Below the pieces are notes generated by a model. It made no database searches. It worked only from the letters and a program-made list of their open reading frames with translations, and was not told the DNA's origin. A stretch of DNA of 36,334 nt from positions 1-36,334 of the forward strand of contig CANLDA010000025.1 of the NCBI GenBank assembly GCA_947489325.1, given 5' to 3'. This DNA comes from an uncultured Rhodobacteraceae bacterium. Lineage in GTDB: Bacteria; Pseudomonadota; Alphaproteobacteria; Rhodobacterales; Rhodobacteraceae. The translations under genes were made by a program, and so were the position numbers. Shown here piece after piece: positions 27,010 to 36,204 of the stretch (positions are counted from its first letter, which is position 1; each line of letters opens with the position of its first letter).

Positions 27010-28125
27010 TCATTGGGATTGGGCGATGACATAGCCTGCGATGGCGGCCAGTGTAAGGCCGACAACAACGGCGCAGGTGATTTTCCATGCTGACCATGGG
27101 CGTTCGCCTTGGACGCGGCCAGTTTGTCCATTGACCACAAAGCGATAGGCCTTGCCCCGGTATTTATAGGCAGCCATCCAAACGGGCAAAAGGATGTGTT
27201 TAAAGGTCTCGTCGTTGATGGTTGTGTCCACGTTGTGAACGCGTTGCCTGTCGCCGCCAATGTCAAACTTTACATCCCGCAGGATCATGCGATCCATCTT
27301 TTGTCGCGCTTGCTGGAAGCCATCCGACAGCTCGACCGAATACCCCTCCGCACGGAATCCGGCTAGAAATTCGGGGCGATAAGGCTCCAGTGCGCCCAGA
27401 TCCCAAGGCTCCAATGCATCGGTATAGCGTTTGGGTAAGCTGCATGAGGCCAGCACTAGCACATCGTCAAAAAATCGTGAAACACGGCCTCGGGCAGGGC
27501 GCCAACGCACCTTTGCGACCTGTTGCGTGACGCGTTTTCCATTGCGGGTTACGGTGCGAGTTTCGTAATAAACCGTGCCGCGTTCACCTGAATAGGTGGA
27601 TGTGGTGTCTGCATCAAACGTCCAATAGGGCACATAGATGCCTTCCATCCGGCGGCCTTTGCGGGCGTATTCCTGCAATCCATTGGGCGCGAACCACAGT
27701 TTGCCAAGCCAGTCGGTCATCGCTGTGCGCGCGGCGCGTTCGTCCATGGCAAAAGGCAACACGCCCCGTGGTTTGATTTGGCGGGATGTGCCCGTATCCG
27801 CCACCACGGGAGTGGCGCAAAACGGGCATTCTGTGGCGTGGTCTACTTCGGAAAAGCTGACTTGCGCGGCGCAATTTGTGCAAGTTGTGACGCGGGTCTC
27901 ATGCATGTCCTGATCCGACAGCATGTGTTCCAGCGCGGCATTCAGATCGAGCTCCTTGAGGCCGTTGCTCCAAGGGCCACTGGCCGCGATTTCTTCGCCA
28001 TGACCACAGTGATCGCAGGTCAGGCGACTGGTGTCGGGATCAAACCGATAATCCGCCCCGCATTGATCGCAGGGAAAGCGATGAATGCTTTGGGGTTCTG
28101 GCGGGGCGGGCGGTATGTCAGACAT
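27010..28125 (-). CDS. double zinc-ribbon protein with C-terminal transmembrane anchor (membrane-stress module component, YdjG-like?)
   Basis: N-terminal CDQCGADY...CDHCGHGEE and CTNCAAQV...CPFCATP (two CxxC-Xn-CxxC ribbons). Central conserved-looking region (EGIYVPYWTFD). C-terminal hydrophobic helix WKITCAVVVGLTLAAIAGYVIAQ. Sits immediately upstream of and co-directional with the SPFH gene. Confidence 0.55.
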   Translation of the reverse strand: MSDIPPAPPEPQSIHRFPCDQCGADYRFDPDTSRLTCDHCGHGEEIAASGPWSNGLKELDLNAALEHMLSDQDMHETRVTTCTNCAAQVSFSEVDHATECPFCATPVVADTGTSRQIKPRGVLPFAMDERAARTAMTDWLGKLWFAPNGLQEYARKGRRMEGIYVPYWTFDADTTSTYSGERGTVYYETRTVTRNGKRVTQQVAKVRWRPARGRVSRFFDDVLVLASCSLPKRYTDALEPWDLGALEPYRPEFLAGFRAEGYSVELSDGFQQARQKMDRMILRDVKFDIGGDRQRVHNVDTTINDETFKHILLPVWMAAYKYRGKAYRFVVNGQTGRVQGERPWSAWKITCAVVVGLTLAAIAGYVIAQSQ

Positions 28126-28175
28126 GCAGCGTAGGTGCCTTCGGTGGGAGTGTTTTCAGAACTATGAAAGAAGGA

Positions 28176-29288
28176 TCAACTGCCCGGAGGAGGAGGTGGC
28201 ATGACGGTGAACAATTGTGCCAGCTCCACCACGTCCTCGGCTCGCAACCAACCGTCCTGACCCGCAGTCCAGACATAAGTGTCGCGCGTGACCTCGCCTG
28301 TGCTGGCCATTCGGCCCAATGCAGCTTTGGAAAACGGACCTTTGGTTTGACCATTTTCGGCAATGTGCCAGACATGCTCAACCGGCGGTGGGGGCGGTGT
28401 GGCCGCAGCCTGTGGAGCCGCCTGTGTATTACCCCATGGACCTTGGTTCGCCATTTGTTGCGCCATCGCCATGCCCATTCCCATGCCAAGACCTGCACCC
28501 ATCTGGCTGCCGGGGGTTTTGGCGGCCGCACTCATGGCTTCGGCGGCAGAATATTGGGTGTACCGGCCCAGATCGCCTGCGATACCCATAGAAGTGCGCT
28601 TATCCATGGCTTCTTCGACCGCTGGAGGCAGAGAGATGTTTTCAATGTACAGTTCGGGGATTTGCAGGCCATATTCGGCCAAGGTTCCAGAAATCTCAGC
28701 CGCGACCAGCTTGCCCAGATCGGCAGTGTTTGCAGCCATGTCCAGCACAGGAATGCCTGATCCGGCAATGATGCGGGAAAATTCCTGCACGATGATATTG
28801 CGGATTTGAAAGCTGATTTCATCCATGGTGAATTCGCCATCAGTGCCGACGATTTCCGTCAGAAAGCGTGCCGGATCAACCACGCGAATGGAATAGGTGC
28901 CATAGGCGCGCAGGCGCACGGGGCCAAATTCGGGATCGCGCGCCATGATTGGGTTCTTGGTGCCCCATTTCAGATCATTAAACCGCGTGGTGTTGACGAA
29001 ATAGACCTCTGACTTGAACGGGCTTTTGAACCCGTGATCCCAATGGTTAAGTGTGGTCATGATTGGCATGTTGTTGGTTTCAAGCATGTAAAGACCGGGT
29101 GTGAATACATCTGCCAATTGACCTTCGTGGATGAACACCGCGGATTGGCCTTCGCGCACGGTTAGCTTGGCGCCGTATTTGATCTCGTGGTCTTCGCGTT
29201 CAAACCGCCAAACCATCGTGTCGCGGCTGTCATCCACCCAATGAATGACGTCGATAAATTCACCTGTCAGGAAATCGAAAATACCCAT
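28176..29288 (-). CDS. SPFH/band-7 domain protein (COG4260 virion-core-like family) with Met/Gly/Pro-rich linker and C-terminal GYF-like (DUF4339-type) domain
   Basis: N-terminal MGIFDFLTGEFIDVIHWVDDSRDTMVWRF and FKSEVYFVNTTRFNDLKWGTKNP are hallmark motifs of the COG4260 SPFH family. Linker GAGLGMGMGMAMAQQMANQGPW...PPPPP. C-terminal HVWHIAENGQTKGPFSKAALGRMASTGEVTRDTYVWTAGQDGW resembles the DUF4339/GYF fold. Confidence 0.75.
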   Translation of the reverse strand: MGIFDFLTGEFIDVIHWVDDSRDTMVWRFEREDHEIKYGAKLTVREGQSAVFIHEGQLADVFTPGLYMLETNNMPIMTTLNHWDHGFKSPFKSEVYFVNTTRFNDLKWGTKNPIMARDPEFGPVRLRAYGTYSIRVVDPARFLTEIVGTDGEFTMDEISFQIRNIIVQEFSRIIAGSGIPVLDMAANTADLGKLVAAEISGTLAEYGLQIPELYIENISLPPAVEEAMDKRTSMGIAGDLGRYTQYSAAEAMSAAAKTPGSQMGAGLGMGMGMAMAQQMANQGPWGNTQAAPQAAATPPPPPVEHVWHIAENGQTKGPFSKAALGRMASTGEVTRDTYVWTAGQDGWLRAEDVVELAQLFTVMPPPPPGS

Positions 29289-29303
29289 GCCGGGTCTCCT
29301 TTG

Positions 29304-30236
29304 TCAGTATATGCGCCCCATGGCTTCGCGTGCGAGGATACGCACGACAGGGCGGGCCTGCGCGGCGGTTTGGCCGGGACGCAGGCGCGGATCATAGAGG
29401 ATTTTAAGCAGCTTTTCATCATGGCTGGTGAGCAATGCAAATTCGCTGTCGTCGTTGAAAATCGAGGGGCGCGCGCTGGGGCTGTCGTTGGACAGACCCA
29501 GACCTTGGGCAATTTCCTCGTGGAAACAAGCCAAACGCTTGAGATCAGGATGTTCAGCCCGCACGACCGCCACCGCACGATAGAGCGTGTCGGGATTGGT
29601 TGGGTCAGGCAGGGGCACCACAAGGCAATCCACCACCATGTGATCCATGGTGCGAATGACATTCATTGTGCCACTGTCGATGCCGGGCAAAATTCGACGA
29701 ATGCGGGGCAGGGCGGCGGGGCGGTCATCTTCGGACAGAACCATCACATGAAAATTGCCATTGGTGGCCACCATGGAAATCGGGTGACGCGTCAATGCCG
29801 CCAGACGTTGCACGTAATGCGAGACCGAGGCGCGGTCGCGTTGTTTCTGATCCATTGGAACAGACGGGCCGAAATGCAGTTGTACCCGCACGGGTTTAGC
29901 CCACTTTTTAACCGAAACGGGTCGCGCATTCTGCGGGGCCAAAGAGGTCACGTTGGAATATTCCACCGAAAAGGCGATGCGTTCAAAGTTGCGCGCAAGC
30001 GTGTCTGCATCATAAGGCGTGTCCGGTCCACCACCGCCCTTGCGCAGGAGGCCACGGGTGATTTGATCCTGCTCTAGGCGTGCATAAAATGTGCGGATGT
30101 CCTCACTTTTTAAGGTTGGTGTGGTTCTTGGCTGGACAATCGTCGGGGATGGTTTTGGGGCTGAAGGCTGCACAAGCTGACAGGCGGCCAGAAATCCAGC
30201 CGCCGTCATAGCAAGGTATGTGCGTCCCCAATTCAA
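29304..30236 (-). CDS. lipoprotein, DUF2927-like (Rhodobacterales)
   Basis: Lipobox FLAAC after a signal peptide (MNWGRTYLAMTAAGFLAAC). 310 aa. Family assignment is from memory and unverified. Confidence 0.5.
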   Translation of the reverse strand: MNWGRTYLAMTAAGFLAACQLVQPSAPKPSPTIVQPRTTPTLKSEDIRTFYARLEQDQITRGLLRKGGGGPDTPYDADTLARNFERIAFSVEYSNVTSLAPQNARPVSVKKWAKPVRVQLHFGPSVPMDQKQRDRASVSHYVQRLAALTRHPISMVATNGNFHVMVLSEDDRPAALPRIRRILPGIDSGTMNVIRTMDHMVVDCLVVPLPDPTNPDTLYRAVAVVRAEHPDLKRLACFHEEIAQGLGLSNDSPSARPSIFNDDSEFALLTSHDEKLLKILYDPRLRPGQTAAQARPVVRILAREAMGRIY

Positions 30237-30242
30237 GTGCGA

Positions 30243-31442
30243 TCAATCCGCGGTCGCGGTTGCGACGGTATCGCCCAGACCGGTTTTGCGTGCCTTGGCT
30301 GCGGCCAATGTGTCGCGCAGCTCGCCCTCCATCTTCTTGAGGTCTTCTTCGGCTGTGGCACGGCGTGCCTTGCCTTCGTCGGCGATTTGCAGGCTTTCCT
30401 CAATCGTGGCGATCAGATCGGCGTTGGCCTGTTTCACGGCGTTGATGTCAAAGATGCCGCGTTCCATTTCCTGTCGCACCATGCGATTGCTTTCACGCAG
30501 GTTGGCCGCGTTAGAGGTCAAGAGTTCATTGGTCAGATCATTGGCTTCCCGCACGGCCGCGGCGGCTTCGGTGGAACGCTGAATGGTCAGAGCCTGTGCC
30601 AACTGGGTTTCCCAAAGCGGCACGGTGTTGACCAATGTGGAATTGATCTTGGTCACTAGGGATTTGTCGTTTTCCTGAACCAGACGGATCGAAGGCAGCG
30701 ATTGCATGGTGACCTGACGGGTCAGTTTCAAATCATGCACGCGGCGTTCCAAATCGTCTCGCGCGGCGCGCAAGTCGCGCAGTTCTTGCGCTTGCATCAC
30801 CTGATCGTTTTCATCTGCGGCCTTAACTTCGGCCTCTTTGGCCGGGATGTCGTTGCTGTCCAGATCGGCGATCTTGGCCTCACCCGCCGCAATATAAAGC
30901 GCGAGTTCGTCATAGAAATTCAGCGTGCGATCATACAGCATATCAAGCGATTTGATGTCTTTAAGCAGCTTATGTTCGTGGCCAAGCAGTTCTTCGGTCA
31001 CGGTGTCAATCTGGCCTTGAACGGTTTCAAACTTGGCCATGAATTGCGCCACGGGGGTGGCTTTGCCCAGCAAACGTTCCCACCAGCTGCGCTTGCGGTT
31101 GGCATCCAACTCGGCGCCGGAAAAGCCGCGAATGGTTGATACGATTTCACGTAGGCTATTGCCTGCGGGACCGACATCTTTGTTACGTACATCCGCCAGC
31201 ATTGCCTGACTGATTTCCTGCAACTCGGCCTGCGCGCCGGACCCAAAGGATACGATGGATCCTGTGTTGGTCATGTCCAACTCGTCCATGCGTTTTTGGA
31301 TCTCCGCACTGAGCGGCGCGTCTGCATCCGCAAGCGGTACAATCGCGGTGGCTTCGGTGGGTTCAGGCAGCACAACGGCGCTGATTTTTTCAACTTCGGC
31401 CAGCGTGGCCTCGGCTTGTTGACGGGTATTTTCTGACATCAT
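30243..31442 (-). CDS. telA: toxic anion resistance protein TelA/KlaA family
   Basis: 399 aa, predominantly helical/coiled-coil. SIVSFGSGAQ motif near the N-terminus. Length and composition match TelA (PF05816). Its start overlaps the stop of the upstream XpaC-like gene. Confidence 0.7.
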   Translation of the reverse strand: MMSENTRQQAEATLAEVEKISAVVLPEPTEATAIVPLADADAPLSAEIQKRMDELDMTNTGSIVSFGSGAQAELQEISQAMLADVRNKDVGPAGNSLREIVSTIRGFSGAELDANRKRSWWERLLGKATPVAQFMAKFETVQGQIDTVTEELLGHEHKLLKDIKSLDMLYDRTLNFYDELALYIAAGEAKIADLDSNDIPAKEAEVKAADENDQVMQAQELRDLRAARDDLERRVHDLKLTRQVTMQSLPSIRLVQENDKSLVTKINSTLVNTVPLWETQLAQALTIQRSTEAAAAVREANDLTNELLTSNAANLRESNRMVRQEMERGIFDINAVKQANADLIATIEESLQIADEGKARRATAEEDLKKMEGELRDTLAAAKARKTGLGDTVATATAD

Positions 31443-32341
31443 GTGTCCCCTTGTTCAGTTGCGCTGCGCGAAATGCCTTCGCGTTGCAGCCGTTCCCGCA
31501 GAACCTCTATCTCGACAGTCAAGTCAGTGGCATTGTCACGCAAGAGCGCATCTGTGCGACTGGCAAAATTTTGCTCAAGATCGGTCAGCAGGGTTTCATA
31601 ATCAGTGCGGGCCTGTGGGTTTGGCTGGCGGGTGTAGAAATCGGCAAACTTGGTGGTCGCATCACGCGCGCCCCGCAAATAGACCGACAGGTATTTGCGC
31701 GCCGCAGTCAGGTCACGCGGGTCGTCCTCGACTGTGCGAAACAGATCGCGGGCGGTGGTTTGAAATTCTGTGACGCGGGTTTCAAGGCGGCGGTCACGCA
31801 CGCGCTTGATGGCGTCTGTCATGGCACTGAGGTGTTTTTCAGCCTCATCCACGGCGCGCGCCACGCGGTCGGTTTGAAACTCGTCTATGCCTTCGGCGCT
31901 CTTGTGTTTCAGGGGGTCAGGGCCAAAGGCACAGAAATGCAAAGCCGCGCCCAGCACGGCAAAGATAACAGGGGCCATCAGAAGGCTGTCGGGGGAAAAT
32001 CCTGCAAGCGCAAGGCCAAGTCCGGTCAAGGCAGACCCAAACATCTTGCGCGGGATGGCCGGACGGCGGGCTACTTTGCGCGCCTCATAGGCCTCTTGTG
32101 CAAGTAGACCCTCGCGGGTGAGCCACGCGGCCAGCAACAGCACACCCAAAGCGGCTAGTTTAAAGGCCATCAAGACAGGACCAGAGGTAAAGGCAGGCCA
32201 GATCAGCAACAAAGGCACAACAAACAACGCATTCACGCGTCCACCAGCACGCGACGGTCGGGCATTTTGAAAACCGCTTTTGGCGGGTTTGGACGTCTCA
32301 TTGCTAGAGGGGCTGAATTTTCCACCAAAACGTTGCGCCAT
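31439..32341 (-). CDS. XpaC-like membrane protein (5-bromo-4-chloroindolyl phosphate hydrolysis protein family)
   Basis: Basic N-terminus, then 3-4 TM helices (NALFVVPLLLIWPAF..., LMAFKLAALGVLLLAAWL, SALTGLGLALAGF..., VIFAVLGAALHF), then a helical cytoplasmic C-terminal domain. Paired with TelA, as in the Bacillus xpaC-yaaN operon. Confidence 0.5.
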   Translation of the reverse strand: MAQRFGGKFSPSSNETSKPAKSGFQNARPSRAGGRVNALFVVPLLLIWPAFTSGPVLMAFKLAALGVLLLAAWLTREGLLAQEAYEARKVARRPAIPRKMFGSALTGLGLALAGFSPDSLLMAPVIFAVLGAALHFCAFGPDPLKHKSAEGIDEFQTDRVARAVDEAEKHLSAMTDAIKRVRDRRLETRVTEFQTTARDLFRTVEDDPRDLTAARKYLSVYLRGARDATTKFADFYTRQPNPQARTDYETLLTDLEQNFASRTDALLRDNATDLTVEIEVLRERLQREGISRSATEQGDT

Positions 32342-32497
32342 TACGCGCCCCCAATGATCGCAACATAGGCGATCAAAATGATAAGCAGCACAAAGGCGAG
32401 TTTTTGTAATCCGGTTCCTGACACGATGCGGCTATCCCAATCCAACACAGGGAAAACTTAGGGAAATTTGTGTCTGTATACTAGGGGGAAGAAGCGA

Positions 32498-32710
32498 ATG
32501 TTTGCATCATTGTATCGATGGTTGGGATGCAGGTTTGGCGCCCTGAACATTCGCTTGGACGAATGGGGCGTGCCATTTGGGTATGATGTTGTGATGATCT
32601 TGAAGAGGGCCAAAGGTGGCGGCGCCGCCAAGAAATGGATCAAACCAAGGGTGCCAACCCAGGTTTGGTCCTGTGTGCCGGATCTCTCCGGCAGGTATCG
32701 CGCGATGTAG
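32498..32710 (+). CDS. candidate small protein (70 aa), hypothetical
   Basis: ATG at 32498 preceded by a strong GGGGGAAG RBS. Basic protein (MFASLYRWLGCRFGALNIRLDEWGVPFGYDVVMILKRAKGGGAAKKWIKPRV...). Lies in the 473-bp spacer between the XpaC-like start and the TerC stop. Confidence 0.3.
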   Translation: MFASLYRWLGCRFGALNIRLDEWGVPFGYDVVMILKRAKGGGAAKKWIKPRVPTQVWSCVPDLSGRYRAM

Positions 32711-32814
32711 AGACGCTATGGCGCAGGGGTTAAATCAGCGTGACTGGATCGTGCGCTGCCCGGCGGCGCTTGGCCTTTGTGCCGGGCAGAATTGTAGAGC
32801 GATGAGGATGACTC

Positions 32815-33633
32815 CTAGTGCCGGGTTTCGGCCTGACGTTCAGCGTTCAGTTTGCGGCTATAGCCGGATTGAATGACCTCCACTGCGACCAGAACCAGAA
32901 CGCTGAAATAGAAGGTGGTCTTGGACATCGGGATGACCTCGTGACCAAAGAATTTCAGCGCCAGCGTGTCGTCATGCATCGCATGGGCCGCCGCTGGGCC
33001 TGCCTCGCCCAACAGCACAACCCCCACAATCAGCAGGATAAACAGGCCCAGAACCTCGTACATGCGGTTCTTTTCTAGAAACCGTGTGACCCCATCCGCC
33101 AGAAGTAACATGGCAAGGCCCGACAGAATGATTGCTGTCGCAAGGATTGGGAACACATCGGTGATCGCCAAGGCGGACAATACGGAATCAAACGAGAAGA
33201 TCAGGTTCATCATCACAATCAGCATCACCACTTTGGCGGCGGATTTGCCCCCCTTGTGATCCACATCCGTATCCAGATGCTGGATGGACAACATATGGCC
33301 GATTTCCTTGACCGCCGTATAGATGATGAACACACCACCCAGAATAAACACGCAGGTGGCAAAGTTCACGCCGCCTTCGATCAGACCCGGTTGATTGAAG
33401 ATAAAGAAGGGTTCGGCCAGCGCATCAATCAGTTGAATCATGGTGAACAACAGCACCACACGCAAAGCGACCGCGATGATAATGCCCCAAAACCGCACGG
33501 ATTTTTGGTGAGCAACCGGCGCACGTTGGCTTTCGATGGAGATATAAAGAAGGTTGTCAAAACCCAGCACCGCCTGAAGAAAACACAGCATCAGAAGGTT
33601 GCCGAGGTTTTCGATGGTCAAAAGATCGGCCAT
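32815..33633 (-). CDS. terC: TerC family integral membrane protein
   Basis: Multiple TM helices. Conserved VLGFDNLLYISIESQ motif of the TerC/Alx family. ATG at 33633 has better GAGG spacing than the one at 33639. Confidence 0.85.
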   Translation of the reverse strand: MADLLTIENLGNLLMLCFLQAVLGFDNLLYISIESQRAPVAHQKSVRFWGIIIAVALRVVLLFTMIQLIDALAEPFFIFNQPGLIEGGVNFATCVFILGGVFIIYTAVKEIGHMLSIQHLDTDVDHKGGKSAAKVVMLIVMMNLIFSFDSVLSALAITDVFPILATAIILSGLAMLLLADGVTRFLEKNRMYEVLGLFILLIVGVVLLGEAGPAAAHAMHDDTLALKFFGHEVIPMSKTTFYFSVLVLVAVEVIQSGYSRKLNAERQAETRH

Positions 33634-33704
33634 GAACATGTCCTCGTCGTTAGATGATCATACAAAATGAGTATCGCAAATTGGGCGAAAAAGAAGGGGA
33701 AAAC

Positions 33705-34718
33705 TCAACCGCGTTTGTCTTTGCGGCCAAATTTTGCGCCGCCTGCGGGTTTGCCGCCGGATCTGGCAGGGCCACCGGATTTGGTCGGGCTGCTTGACTT
33801 GGATGGACCCGCGGACCAGCTCTTGCCAGAAGGCTTTCCTGTGGGTTTACCAGAGGGCTTGCCAAATGATTTGCCTGTGGGGGCAGGTTTTCCCTTACGG
33901 CGTGGCAGATCATCGTCCAGCAAGGTGGCCTTGGTGTTGGGTTTGCGCGTGCGGGTGGGCTTGGGGCGTTCTTCGGGATCAATCGCGCCTTCCAGACCCA
34001 ATTGGTCACGTACCACGCGGCGGCGCAGTTCCTCAACTTGACCGGGTTTCAAATCGCCCAACTGAAACGGACCGTATGACACGCGGATCAGACGGTTCAC
34101 GGTCAGGCCGATGGCCTCCATCGCGCGGCGAATTTCGCGGTTTTTGCCTTCGCGCAGGGACACAGTTACCCAGGCATTGGCGCCTTGTTGGCGATCCAAT
34201 GAAATCGTCATGGGTTGAAACTTTTCACCATCTGAGGTGATGCCACGGCGCAGGGGGGTAAAGGTATCTTCTGTTGGGCGCCCATTCACCCGAACGCGGT
34301 ATTTGCGCAGCCATCCGGTGGAGGGCAGTTCCAACTTGCGTTTTACACCGCCGTCGTTGGTCAGCAGCAATAAACCTTCGGAATTCAAGTCAAGTCGACC
34401 CACGCTCATGACACGGGGCATGGTTTCGGGCAGATCGTCAAAGATCGTCGGACGACCCTGTTCATCGCGGTTGGTGGTCACGCGGCCCACTGGTTTGTGA
34501 TAGAGCCACAGGCGTTCGGGTTCTGGTTCAGCAATGGGTTTGCCGTCCACCAGAATGCGATCTTTGGCTGTGACGTTCAGTGCAGGTGATGTGATCGTTT
34601 TGCCGTTCACCTTAACGCGGCTTGCCTCGATCATGCGTTCGGCATCGCGACGGCTGGCCACTCCGGCACGGGCAATGACCTTTGCGATACGATCGCCTTT
34701 GGGGGTGTCTTCGGTCAT
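33705..34718 (-). CDS. rluB: 23S rRNA pseudouridine synthase RluB, with Lys/Pro/Gly-rich repetitive C-terminal tail
   Basis: S4 domain ([20 protein letters not shown]). RsuA/RluB catalytic motif [21 protein letters not shown]-terminal tail [25 protein letters not shown]... GGAG RBS. Confidence 0.9.
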   Translation of the reverse strand: MTEDTPKGDRIAKVIARAGVASRRDAERMIEASRVKVNGKTITSPALNVTAKDRILVDGKPIAEPEPERLWLYHKPVGRVTTNRDEQGRPTIFDDLPETMPRVMSVGRLDLNSEGLLLLTNDGGVKRKLELPSTGWLRKYRVRVNGRPTEDTFTPLRRGITSDGEKFQPMTISLDRQQGANAWVTVSLREGKNREIRRAMEAIGLTVNRLIRVSYGPFQLGDLKPGQVEELRRRVVRDQLGLEGAIDPEERPKPTRTRKPNTKATLLDDDLPRRKGKPAPTGKSFGKPSGKPTGKPSGKSWSAGPSKSSSPTKSGGPARSGGKPAGGAKFGRKDKRG

Positions 34719-34828
34719 GTCATGCTCCTGCCAATTGGCGTGCGAATGGGTGATTGTGCCCCTCTATACCGCCCGTGGCAACATTGCCAGACCTTGCGCG
34801 CGCCGCGCCAAACAGGCATTTCAGGGTA

Positions 34829-35290
34829 ATGACGTTCAAGCATCATATGGATTTGGCCCTGATAGAGGCGCGCGCGGCGGCAGATCGAGGCGAGGTGCCA
34901 GTGGGCGCGGTGATCACCGATCCACAAGGGCAGGTGATTGCGCAGGCGGGCAACCGCACGCGAGAACTCAAAGACCCGACGGCACATGCTGAAATCCTGG
35001 CCATCCGGGCGGCCTGCACGGCGCTTGGCAGCGAGCGTTTGGTGGGGTGCCACCTGTATGTCACGCTGGAACCCTGCCCGATGTGCGCCAGTGCAATTTC
35101 ACAGACCCGCATCGCGCGACTGTATTACGGCGCGTCTGACCCCAAATCGGGTGGTATTGCTCAAGGGCCGCGTGTTCTGTCCCATCCCCAAAGCCATCAC
35201 GTGCCAGAGATATACGATGGTATCGCCGCGTCAGACTGCGAAGCATTGCTGAAAACCTTCTTTGCGCATCGCAGGGGCGGTGGGGCATAA
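34829..35290 (+). CDS. tadA: tRNA adenosine(34) deaminase
   Basis: CDA-fold zinc motifs HAEILAI and TLEPCPMCASAI. Start taken at the ATG at 34829 (MTFKHHMDLALIEA...EVPVGAVI). The ORF-track start at 34754 extends into the rluB promoter region. Confidence 0.9.
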   Translation: MTFKHHMDLALIEARAAADRGEVPVGAVITDPQGQVIAQAGNRTRELKDPTAHAEILAIRAACTALGSERLVGCHLYVTLEPCPMCASAISQTRIARLYYGASDPKSGGIAQGPRVLSHPQSHHVPEIYDGIAASDCEALLKTFFAHRRGGGA

Positions 35291-35403
35291 GCGGCGCGTG
35301 CGTATTTGAAGTTTTCCAAGCGGATCATGCGAAAATTCTTGCTTTGAAACACAAAGCCGGGAAACGTCAGGACAAGACGACATAGACATGGAAAGGCCGC
35401 CAC

Positions 35404-36204
35404 ATGACGCGTTATCTTGATGATGAAACCATTCAACAGTTCCATGACACAGGCGTCACCGTTTTGCGTGGTGTGTTCAAGGACTGGGTGGAAAGGCTGC
35501 AAGCAGGTGTTGCGGCGAATATGGCCGATCCCGATCCCAATGCGCGCATATATACCGGCAAGGACGGGGGTGGGCGGTTCTTTGTGGATTACTGTAATTG
35601 GGCGCGTATCCCTGAATATAAAGATTTCATCTTTAATTCGCCTGCCGCCCAGATTGGTGCAGAACTGATGGACAGCAAACAGGTGCAACTGTTCCATGAA
35701 CACGTGCTGGTCAAAGAGGCGCAGGCCGGAGTGCCGACACCTTGGCACCAAGATGCGCCGTATTACTGTGTGGATGGCCCCAAAACCGTCAGCCTGTGGA
35801 TACCGCTGGACGAGGTTGCGCGCGAAACCACACTGGAATTCGTCGCCGGATCGCACAAATGGGGCAAATCCTATCGCCCGCAACGCTTTGACGGGACCGC
35901 CTTGAATGACGATGATGGGTTGGAGGAAATTCCAGACATCAATGGCAATCGCGATGATTTTGATATTGTCGGTTGGGCAGTCAGCCCGGGCGATGCGATC
36001 GCGTTTGATTATCGCACAATCCACGGTGCCCCCGCCAATAGCAGCGCCAGCGTGCAGCGCCGCGCGTTCTCATTACGGCTTGTGGGGGATGATGTGCGCT
36101 TTGTGCGCCGCGAGGGGATCGTCACCTCGCCACCCTTCAAACAAGTGACATTACAAAGCGGATCCCCCCTGATCGCCGATGAGTTCCCACAACTTTTGGG
36201 GTAA
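35404..36204 (+). CDS. phytanoyl-CoA dioxygenase (PhyH) family Fe(II)/2-oxoglutarate-dependent oxygenase
   Basis: 2-His-1-carboxylate facial triad context WHQDAPYY ... HGAPAN. Arg for 2OG binding (RRAFSLRL). Length 266 aa. Confidence 0.75.
   Translation: MTRYLDDETIQQFHDTGVTVLRGVFKDWVERLQAGVAANMADPDPNARIYTGKDGGGRFFVDYCNWARIPEYKDFIFNSPAAQIGAELMDSKQVQLFHEHVLVKEAQAGVPTPWHQDAPYYCVDGPKTVSLWIPLDEVARETTLEFVAGSHKWGKSYRPQRFDGTALNDDDGLEEIPDINGNRDDFDIVGWAVSPGDAIAFDYRTIHGAPANSSASVQRRAFSLRLVGDDVRFVRREGIVTSPPFKQVTLQSGSPLIADEFPQLLG

Noticed and set aside
29187-30077. 296-aa plus-strand ORF antisense to the SPFH and DUF2927 genes; 31451..32107 (+) antisense to the XpaC-like gene; 35197..36024 (-) antisense to the PhyH-family gene; 1078..1614 (+) antisense to HU/DUF3164
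   Set aside because: These are shadow ORFs of high-GC coding regions. The opposite-strand genes carry clear conserved motifs.
33640-33704. Manganese (yybP-ykoY) riboswitch upstream of TerC
   Set aside because: TerC-family genes often carry this riboswitch. However only 65 bp separate TerC from the upstream co-directional rluB, too short for the element, and no conserved motif was seen.
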